From: Candidatus Latescibacterota bacterium
GTDB taxonomy: Bacteria; Latescibacterota; UBA2968; GCA-2709665
DNA: 64,000 nt
Direction of reading: 5' to 3'
NCBI GenBank assembly: GCA_965237675.1
Contig: OZ250150.1
Coordinates: forward strand, 1-64,000
The position numbers were made by a program, and so were the translations under genes. Positions within the stretch are counted from its first letter, which is position 1, and each line of letters begins with the position of its first letter. The notes beneath the pieces were generated by a model that saw only the letters and a list, made by a program, of their open reading frames with translations, was not told where the DNA came from and did not search any database. Below, one piece after another: positions 56,787 to 64,000 of the stretch.

Positions 56787-58790
56787 TCAATGCCAGCTGT
56801 GTACCCTGTGTCCCGAATGCGGGAACCAGATGGCGTCCACGACCGTACCCGCGATCACCGCCAGGATGTATCCCGTCAGGATCCCGATAAAAAATGGCAG
56901 CGATCGCCGGTAGAATGCCACGCCGCCGATCCTGAGCATCAGAAATTTGATCAGCCACGCGACCAGAAGCGTAAGGCTTTCCAGTCTGGCGAATATCGTA
57001 CCCGAAAGCGCGAAACCGACCGGGTGCAAACGCCATCTGGGCAACCGGTACCGCATCAGATTCAAGGCCGTCATCACAACGATTCCGGCGAGAAACAGCC
57101 AGTATTCCACCGCCAGGATCGGCCTGGGGTTGCGCAGCGCGTCCACCGCCATGCCGTAGTTCCACTCTCCCTCGTGAAGAATCAACCAGTTCGGTTGAAA
57201 ATTATAACCTCCCATCGTGTAGGCCAGCCAGATGGTGTGGAGGGTCGAAACCACCGTGCCCAGGATGAACGCCCCAAAAATTCCCCAGAAAAGGCGCCGC
57301 TTGCCTTCGGGAACGAAATCGCCCAGGCGGTTCACCTGGGCAATCACCGGCAGCGCGAAACTCCTGGGATGGTTGACCGTAAACGGCAGGAGACTGGAGG
57401 CTGCGTTCGTGGAAGGACCCAGCCTGTGCGCCCCACCCACCGCGAACACCGCGTAGTCCCAGGCAACCGCCGGCGGATCGACGTAAACCAGCCCCGAATC
57501 GGCGACCACCTTGGCCACGCCCAGGTACGTGATAAACATCGCCGGCGTCAATACCGCGATCATCCCGGGCTCGATCCCGATCTGCGCAAGCCAGGTCACG
57601 ATGTACACACAGGAGACGACCAGCCCGATGACGGCCGCGCGATAGGAAATCCACTCCCGGCTGTCATCCGGGCCGGAACCACCCGGGCGAAGCGCCTTTC
57701 GAAAAACCTGGCGCAGGTGCCCCCTGGAAATCCAGAGCCACCAGATGACCAGTGCCGCGAAGGCCCCGGCCGTCTGAAACTTGTAGCTCGTCACGTTGTA
57801 TGGTCCGGAGCCATAGTGGGGTGACGTGGCAACCACGCCCAGTCGATTCAGAAGACCGGCTTCGAACATATAAAGAATGTCGAAGAACCAGATGCTGAAA
57901 AGCACCTCCAGGCTGGCGAAATAAGAAAAGCAAATGACAAAAACGCTCAGGTAGATGCAGAACGGGGGATATTGTTTGGGCAGGAGATCCCACACATAGT
58001 TCATGCGTGTGTTCATCACCTTCGGAAAGGCCGGGTAGAACCAGTGCACCATATTCAACCAGAAGACCCCCGACGTCAGACCGAATCCCGCCCAGAACGC
58101 TTTGCCTTTCATAAACTCCGGCAGGACTCTCGCGCCGGACCCGCTTCGGTTCGCCATCTCCAGGACCGGTGTCAGGGCGGGATAGACCAGCTTTTCGTGA
58201 TCTGCCCACTGCCGATGCAGAATGACCGACACGCAGACACAGGCGAACGCGAGGACAGCGATAAAGCTGAACCACCATATCAGCGGCGCCCACCAATCAT
58301 GCCAGGGAATGGACATCCCTTTCGGGAGCCCTTCGAAAAACATGGTGATGGACTTTCGTTCGTCCGTTGAGATCAGCCACGCGGGAAGATGCGGGTGCAG
58401 GAATTCCGACCATCGGTTCTCGGGGGTGGCGAAATAGTATGGAGCCACCATCTGGCTGACGAGATACCCGCTGATACCGTAAGTGGGGCCCATGGCGCTT
58501 ATCAGGCCCATGCTGAAAATCGTGATCCATTCCGCCGGTGCAAACACGAATCGCGAACCGAACCATCGGGCAAGCGCGGCGCAAACCAGAATCGACAGCA
58601 GAAAGAGCAGCAGGTCGCCCATCGGGATCAGGCTGATGGCCATGTACGACCCATGCTGGACATACCGCATCGTATTGGCGAGCAGGTTGACGGCTACCGA
58701 CAACCCGAGCCCGAATACGACCGCGCGGGTCGTTACGCCCGGACTCGCGGGCCGCTGGTTCCGCGGTTCTGCCGTGCCGCCGTTGGCCAT
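56787..58790 (-). CDS. DUF6785/DUF6784-type polytopic membrane protein, copy B
   Basis: Collinear paralog of 47619..49598 (YYFATPENRW, HRQWADHEKLVYPAL, YNFQPNWLI). Confidence 0.75.
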   Translation of the reverse strand: MANGGTAEPRNQRPASPGVTTRAVVFGLGLSVAVNLLANTMRYVQHGSYMAISLIPMGDLLLFLLSILVCAALARWFGSRFVFAPAEWITIFSMGLISAMGPTYGISGYLVSQMVAPYYFATPENRWSEFLHPHLPAWLISTDERKSITMFFEGLPKGMSIPWHDWWAPLIWWFSFIAVLAFACVCVSVILHRQWADHEKLVYPALTPVLEMANRSGSGARVLPEFMKGKAFWAGFGLTSGVFWLNMVHWFYPAFPKVMNTRMNYVWDLLPKQYPPFCIYLSVFVICFSYFASLEVLFSIWFFDILYMFEAGLLNRLGVVATSPHYGSGPYNVTSYKFQTAGAFAALVIWWLWISRGHLRQVFRKALRPGGSGPDDSREWISYRAAVIGLVVSCVYIVTWLAQIGIEPGMIAVLTPAMFITYLGVAKVVADSGLVYVDPPAVAWDYAVFAVGGAHRLGPSTNAASSLLPFTVNHPRSFALPVIAQVNRLGDFVPEGKRRLFWGIFGAFILGTVVSTLHTIWLAYTMGGYNFQPNWLILHEGEWNYGMAVDALRNPRPILAVEYWLFLAGIVVMTALNLMRYRLPRWRLHPVGFALSGTIFARLESLTLLVAWLIKFLMLRIGGVAFYRRSLPFFIGILTGYILAVIAGTVVDAIWFPHSGHRVHSWH

Positions 58791-58811
58791 GGGTCTCCCG
58801 TCCGGTTACGC

Positions 58812-60002
58812 TCAGCGCAAGCCCACGCCGCCCAGGTCCTCGGGAACCTGCCCCGCAGCGCGGTCCCGGTTCGGACGAAAGTCTGGAACCCGCATCAGCC
58901 GGCTCCCCTCCTGGATCGAATCAATCGCCCGTACCGCCGCGGCAACCGTATCCATCGCCCGATATACGTCAAAGGCCAGCGGTTTCCCCTCGAGGACCGC
59001 GTCACGAAAATGCATGTGCACGTAGGAGTCCGCGTCGCCGTGACCGCTTCCCCTCGCCTCTTGCGGCGCATCAGTGCGTTCAAAACGCCAGTCCACCTCC
59101 GTCCAGTCGTTCATCTCTGCGTCCGCGAACCAGACTTTCGGCATCTCGCGGCTCGAACGCCGCCACTCCAGGCTACCCTTTGTGCCAATCATCTGCCACC
59201 AGTGGTGATCTCCATGCGGGCGCGGCTGTGTATGACCATCCAACATGCGAATCAACGTATCCTTTTCGGTCTTCATCAGCGCAACCTGCACGTCGGGCTT
59301 TCCGATCTGCGGATGCGCGTAGCTTGGCCTTTTTGTGCTCATCGCCGTTACTTCCGTCACACGGTCGTCCAGGATCTTCAAAAGGATGCTCAGGTCGTAC
59401 GAGGCGGCAATAATGGGCGGGGTGTCGTGGGGAAACGTCGGCCTGGCCTCGGGATGGTCGGACAACTCCTCGATGGAATACTGTTTCCCCGTGCTGTAGT
59501 CCTGGAAAAATTGGTGTGTGCCGTAATACCCGACGTATTGACCCTCGGCGTAGGTGATCTTGCCCAACCTGCCGTCGTCTACAAGGCGCTTCCATCCATC
59601 CACGAACCCCCAGAAACGCGTCTGCTCGGCGAGGCCGTAGACCAACCCCGTACGCTCCACGTTGGTTACGATGCGCCAGCACTCCGCCATCGTGTACGCG
59701 CCCGGCACCTCGCTGTTCACGTGCTTGCCCGCCTCCAGCGCCTCCGCTGCCATGCGCCCCACCTCGCGCTGCCTCACCACAAGACCCACCGCGTCCATCT
59801 GATCGTATGCCAGGAAATCCTCGTAGTTGCCGAACGCCGCCACGTCGTCCCGATAGGAGATTTCAGCAAGTGCCCGCTCCTGTAGCGGTTCGATCCAATC
59901 GTAGACCGCCGTGATCCGGTAGCCGGGAATTTTCTGCAGCAGCCTTATCCAGTGCAGCCCCCGGCCGCCCAGGCCTGCGATCCCGATGCGAATTTCGTCC
60001 AT
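58812..60002 (-). CDS. Gfo/Idh/MocA oxidoreductase, copy B
   Basis: Close paralog of 50974..52194 (MDEIRIG.AGLG.RGLHWIRLLQK, SGHGDAD); SD GGAGG before ATG 60002. Confidence 0.85.
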   Translation of the reverse strand: MDEIRIGIAGLGGRGLHWIRLLQKIPGYRITAVYDWIEPLQERALAEISYRDDVAAFGNYEDFLAYDQMDAVGLVVRQREVGRMAAEALEAGKHVNSEVPGAYTMAECWRIVTNVERTGLVYGLAEQTRFWGFVDGWKRLVDDGRLGKITYAEGQYVGYYGTHQFFQDYSTGKQYSIEELSDHPEARPTFPHDTPPIIAASYDLSILLKILDDRVTEVTAMSTKRPSYAHPQIGKPDVQVALMKTEKDTLIRMLDGHTQPRPHGDHHWWQMIGTKGSLEWRRSSREMPKVWFADAEMNDWTEVDWRFERTDAPQEARGSGHGDADSYVHMHFRDAVLEGKPLAFDVYRAMDTVAAAVRAIDSIQEGSRLMRVPDFRPNRDRAAGQVPEDLGGVGLR

Positions 60003-60032
60003 GTCCGTCCCTCCAGAGCCGATTTTCAAACT

Positions 60033-60743
60033 TTAATCAAATTGAAAACGGATGTAGATAAACATCCGCACCTCAACCACCTCGCGATTCTGGTACCCGG
60101 GGAGATACCGGAAACCCGTCAGGGCGTCCAGCGATGCTTTGTGAAACTGCTCGTGCCCCTTGAGCACCACGCCATCTTTGACCCGGCCGTCCTTTCCCAC
60201 GGTAAATTCCATCAGGACGACACCCTCCAGGCCGGCCCGCCGCGCCTCTTCCGGATACGCCGGATCCACCTTTTTGAGGAGTTTGGGCTTCCGCTCCACG
60301 AACCGAGCCGGGTATACCTCCTCCCCATCCACTTCCTCGTCCCTAACGGGAGCCGTGACAAGAGCGTCCGAGGGCGTAGAAAGGCGTATGGACACTGCGT
60401 CGAAGTCGAGTTCGGCGGTGACGGCAACGGTCATCTCTTCGGGTAGCAGGTCGCGGCTTTCCGTTTCGAGGGGCACGGTCGGGCGTACGGGTGGCGGAAG
60501 CCTCACGCCATGTCGGGTCTCCGGTACCTGGGTAACCTGGATGAGAATCGGATATTTCGCTGAGGCTGGCGTGCGGAGCCTGAAGGCTGGGAAAGTAAAG
60601 GCACCGGCCGCGTGGAGGGCGAGCGAAATCCCGACGCACAGGGGGAGGACCTTCCGATACTGCGCCTTCAAGTCCGCTTCGGGACGACTGGTGCGGATGA
60701 TGTTTCCGGTTATCCAGGGTCTGGGAGGCAGCTGTTGTGGCAT
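60033..60743 (-). CDS. tonB: TonB-family energy transducer
   Basis: TM helix with SLALHA (SxxxH), Pro-rich linker, PAYPEEARRAGLEGVV..FTVGKDGRV. Confidence 0.85.
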   Translation of the reverse strand: MPQQLPPRPWITGNIIRTSRPEADLKAQYRKVLPLCVGISLALHAAGAFTFPAFRLRTPASAKYPILIQVTQVPETRHGVRLPPPVRPTVPLETESRDLLPEEMTVAVTAELDFDAVSIRLSTPSDALVTAPVRDEEVDGEEVYPARFVERKPKLLKKVDPAYPEEARRAGLEGVVLMEFTVGKDGRVKDGVVLKGHEQFHKASLDALTGFRYLPGYQNREVVEVRMFIYIRFQFD

Positions 60744-60852
60744 TGGTACCCTCCACGCTGCCTGCACGGCCGGCGTACATGCGTTCAACGTGCGTTTGCA
60801 GGGTACGGCGATCCGTCGACGAGCCACATGCGACGACTCGGAGAAACCCGGC

Positions 60853-61728
60853 TCAGACCGCGTCGGGCGCGCGTCCCAATGCCCGCGCCATCGCCCTGAT
60901 GGTGTTCGGCCCCGCCCCGCAGCAGGCGCCGATGAGATTGATCCCTTCGGCCTTCGCCTTTACCGCACTATCGGCCATCACGTCCAGCGGAACGCGTGTA
61001 TCCTTTCCGCCAGATCCAAAACCATTGGGCTGCCAGCCAACGGGCACGTCCACGGCCTCACGCATCTCCACTGCGAGATTCAACATCCCTTCGGGCGTTC
61101 CGTTGCATACCAGACCCACAACGTCGGCCCCCTCCCCGGCCAGAACGCGAGCGCACTCCGCCGCCGTGGCGCCGTCCTGCGTCGCGCGGCCCATGCCCAT
61201 GAATACCATAGTCGGAACACTCGTCTTCTTGCAACACTCCAGGCACACCAGCACCTCGTCAAGACGGTGAAAGGTCTCCGGAATCAGGAAATCCGCACCC
61301 GCCTCCACAAGAATGGCGATCTGTTCGTCCCACTCCGCCTTTGCCCTGTCCCTCGAGGACGGGTCTTCCGGATCGAAAATCGGATCGCCCTCCCATGACC
61401 CGGTCCTGGTGGATACCAGGCATCCCCCCACAGGCGCCTCGCCGTTGGATGCCTCCTTTGCCAGTTGCACACCCACCCGGTTCACTTCGTCCAGCTTCTG
61501 GCTCCAACCAAAACTCCGATCCAACTGGGACCGGGAGGTAAACCACGTCACTGCTTCGAGCACCTGCGATCCGGCATTGAAGAAATCTCTGTGGATCTGC
61601 CGGATGGCGTCCGGATCCTCCACAATCGCCCTGGGGGTGTCGTACCCACGCCACCGTGCTTCCAGGATCATGCCGCCGTCGCTCAAAACAACGCCATCGT
61701 TCAGCATCTTCATTACATCATTCGGCAT
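60853..61728 (-). CDS. Homocysteine S-methyltransferase family protein C
   Basis: LSDGGMILEARWRGYDTP (shared with A), ETF, VGLVC, IGACCG. Confidence 0.88.
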   Translation of the reverse strand: MPNDVMKMLNDGVVLSDGGMILEARWRGYDTPRAIVEDPDAIRQIHRDFFNAGSQVLEAVTWFTSRSQLDRSFGWSQKLDEVNRVGVQLAKEASNGEAPVGGCLVSTRTGSWEGDPIFDPEDPSSRDRAKAEWDEQIAILVEAGADFLIPETFHRLDEVLVCLECCKKTSVPTMVFMGMGRATQDGATAAECARVLAGEGADVVGLVCNGTPEGMLNLAVEMREAVDVPVGWQPNGFGSGGKDTRVPLDVMADSAVKAKAEGINLIGACCGAGPNTIRAMARALGRAPDAV

Positions 61729-61808
61729 CGTGGCGCTCTCCTTCCGAAGGGTGGAGACGATCGTACCGAAAATCCCGCCTTCCGCCCGGTCTTAGAGATC
61801 CTGTCTGT

Positions 61809-64000
61809 CTATTCGAATGGCTCCCTCACCCAGAACAGGCCTTCCTTGGTCGCCTGCTGCCCGCCGTTCAGGTCCTTCACCGTCATCCGGACCCTGCGAC
61901 GCCCCGGGGCGGCCTCCCCGATGTCCAGCGCCACGTAGTCAGAAACCGACGCCTCAGTGCCGGTCTGTTCGTACCGTACCGTTACGGCCGATTCCGACCG
62001 ACCCAGAACCCTCGTCTTCACGCGTGAAAGGCTGGTCCCGGATTCGTCGGTGCTGTAAACCTCGTAGGCCACCTCGTAGCGCGTGGCCCCGAACTCGTCC
62101 TGCGAGAGGTTGTAGATTTCGAAAAAGACAAACACGTGCTGCCCGGCGTTGAATACATGCGAGGGCAACGGTGTGATATTCCATCTCCCGCGGACGAACC
62201 TGGGGTCAGACCCGGGCATTGCCCCGACCACCTGCCGGGCGACGAACAGATCGCTCAGCTTCAGCCGTTCCCCTGAGTAGTCTTCCACGGACAACTTCTG
62301 TGAATACGCCTGTAAACGGTTTGTGTTGTGGCGCTGCACCTGCACGGCCAGTTCGTAGTCCCCCGGCAGAATTTCCAGGAGATCCACCCGGTCCAGCAGG
62401 GCCCGGTCCCGCCGCCGCCCGGAGACCGGTACCTCCAGATCCTGCTGTAAGGACAACACCTTTGTGTACCTCCCGTCCATCAGCGCCACCTTCCGATTGA
62501 CCAGTACGTTGGCGTCCGTATCCCCGGGCATGGCGACGTGCTCGATGGGAATGCCCACGTTTACCTGGACCTCGGTACCGGCCTTCTTTCCGCGGAACGT
62601 GACCACGTCGTAGCTGAAGTCGAGCGGCTCGAAACCCGTCAGGCTAAAGCGCTCTGGTTCCTCCCTCGCCACCGACGCAACCCGGGTTGAAGGGGCGAGT
62701 TCCGTGAGCCGCTGCATCAGGCGCAGGTAGGCCATCTGTCCCACATGGGGATCTCTATCCAGGTTCTTGAGATCCTGGCTGTTCACGCCGGGTACCGGCG
62801 CATAATCGTACATGCCTGAGTTCTGTTCATCCGTGAACGCCACCTCCAGACCCTTTCCCACGCCCGCATACACCCAGACCTCCCAGGGCACGGACGCCCA
62901 ATTGTGCCCCGTCGTGACCGGCTTCCATCCGCTCAGGCCAATGGCGAATTCCGGATCCAGATCAATACCCGCCTGGATGGGAGATTCTTCCAGATCCACC
63001 AGTTCCCGGGGCGCTGCAGCGGGATTTCCCGCGGCGGCCTGTCCCGGCGGCAATACGGCCAGGTTGAGTTCTTCGATCGCCGCCATCTGCATGTCGCGCC
63101 GGAGGTCTTCGCTGGGCTCCAGAAAAAAACCCAGATCCGTGCGGATTGGGAAAACGGGCCCCACATAGCTGATGCCCACCCCCTGGGCGCCATAAAGCTG
63201 GTAGGCCATATTGTCCTGTACGCTTTCGACTGCGGGAGGCACGTTTGGATTCGGCTCCAGCGAAGAGGACCGGTAGTCCGGTTCGCCGTACCGGATGTAC
63301 ACCTCCCCGCGGCGGTCCCAGGGCCACTTCAGCTCTCCATACTTCGTTCGGGCGTGCCACACCCGCCGGTGGTGCTCGGCGCGACGCATCGCGCCGCGTG
63401 AGGCCTTGAACGGGTCGTGGCGGAGCCAGAAGCGCTGCAGAAACACGGCCCGCCTGTCAGGGGGGGTTGCGCGATACGCTTCGATTTCGTGCGGCAGACC
63501 CACCAATGACACATCCCGGTAGAGTGCCTGTTCTTCCGGATTCAGGCTTTCGATGTAGATCTTGAACGCCCGGAGCGCGCCTTCGTAGTTGCCTCGCGCC
63601 ATCAGCGCCTGCGCCAGCAGCGGCAGCGCGAGGTCATTTGTCATGAGTGAGGTGAGGGTCTCGACCTCTTTGAATTTCTCTTTTTTCAGCAATTCACGTG
63701 CAAAGGCCAACGCCGCCGTCTGTTCCGCCGGCTTCAGTTCCAGGTATTTCTCAAAGTAGACCATCGCGGCCTGCAGGTTGCCCTCCTCGTGATGCGACTC
63801 GGCCAGCAGCAGGTGGGCCGGTGCAATCCGGGAGTCGTATTGAAGCGCCCTGTCCGCGGCCTGCCTCGCCCCGGGGCGCCCGGTTTCCTGGTAGACGCGG
63901 GCAAGGAAATAGTGCGCCTGCGCATAGGTGGAGTCGGCCCGCAGCGCCGCCTCCAGATGGGGTAAGGCGCCCGCAACGTCTCCCTCCAGTTCGAGGGCCA
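61809..64000 (-). CDS. TPR + GWxTD-domain protein (5' end outside the window)
   Basis: The frame stays open upstream of 63764 to the window edge (ALRADSTYAQAHYFLARVY, TPR-like); FW...DP, EHHRRV..A, WDRRGEVYIRYGEPD, WEVWVY, LSDL, FFEIYNL. Confidence 0.8.
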   Translation of the reverse strand, partial: ALELEGDVAGALPHLEAALRADSTYAQAHYFLARVYQETGRPGARQAADRALQYDSRIAPAHLLLAESHHEEGNLQAAMVYFEKYLELKPAEQTAALAFARELLKKEKFKEVETLTSLMTNDLALPLLAQALMARGNYEGALRAFKIYIESLNPEEQALYRDVSLVGLPHEIEAYRATPPDRRAVFLQRFWLRHDPFKASRGAMRRAEHHRRVWHARTKYGELKWPWDRRGEVYIRYGEPDYRSSSLEPNPNVPPAVESVQDNMAYQLYGAQGVGISYVGPVFPIRTDLGFFLEPSEDLRRDMQMAAIEELNLAVLPPGQAAAGNPAAAPRELVDLEESPIQAGIDLDPEFAIGLSGWKPVTTGHNWASVPWEVWVYAGVGKGLEVAFTDEQNSGMYDYAPVPGVNSQDLKNLDRDPHVGQMAYLRLMQRLTELAPSTRVASVAREEPERFSLTGFEPLDFSYDVVTFRGKKAGTEVQVNVGIPIEHVAMPGDTDANVLVNRKVALMDGRYTKVLSLQQDLEVPVSGRRRDRALLDRVDLLEILPGDYELAVQVQRHNTNRLQAYSQKLSVEDYSGERLKLSDLFVARQVVGAMPGSDPRFVRGRWNITPLPSHVFNAGQHVFVFFEIYNLSQDEFGATRYEVAYEVYSTDESGTSLSRVKTRVLGRSESAVTVRYEQTGTEASVSDYVALDIGEAAPGRRRVRMTVKDLNGGQQATKEGLFWVREPFE

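Noticed and set aside
58389-61398. Long plus-strand ORFs (498 and 412 aa)
   Set aside because: They lie antisense to the Gfo/Idh/MocA, TonB and methyltransferase genes and have shadow-ORF composition.
1-64000. CRISPR array, tRNA or rRNA genes
   Set aside because: No regularly spaced direct repeats, cloverleaf or rRNA-like stretches were seen by eye, and there are no cas genes.

Overview
GC-rich bacterial window with no rRNA, tRNA or CRISPR array that I can see. The short region-1.1-less RpoD, Wzi, TonB, DUF2723, GWxTD and DUF6785-type genes suggest a diderm FCB-group candidate lineage such as Latescibacterota or Gemmatimonadota (inference). From left to right it contains: (1) a surface-polysaccharide pair (partial O-antigen-ligase-like gene, Wzi), divergent from (2) a bacterial microcompartment (BMC) locus of PVM-like type with PduL, 2 BMC-H, 3 BMC-P, acylating aldehyde dehydrogenase, class II aldolase and acetate kinase, interleaved with a GT-C glycosyltransferase and a secreted beta-propeller and punctuated by three copies of a palindromic repeat; (3) DegP-like protease and rpoD; (4) two tandem copies of a cassette of promoter, 83-aa exported protein, DUF2723/TMEM260-like glycosyltransferase and terminator, joined through diverged remnants of rhomboid and rpoD; (5) rhomboid, M23 peptidase, PpiD/SurA-like foldase, cytidylate-kinase-like protein; (6) carbohydrate-catabolic genes, one with a probable ATT start; (7) a cadherin-like repeat protein and a decaying toxin-antitoxin stack; (8) a DegT/Gfo-Idh-MocA/nucleotidyltransferase-like operon; (9) a duplicated module of homocysteine S-methyltransferase, Gfo/Idh/MocA and DUF6785-type membrane protein, flanking a third methyltransferase that lacks all three Zn-binding cysteines and an orphan betaine-binding lipoprotein; (10) a partial TPR/GWxTD gene. 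The best candidates for an undescribed system are (9), (4) and the BMC variant (2). Family assignments come from motif recognition by eye, not from database searches.
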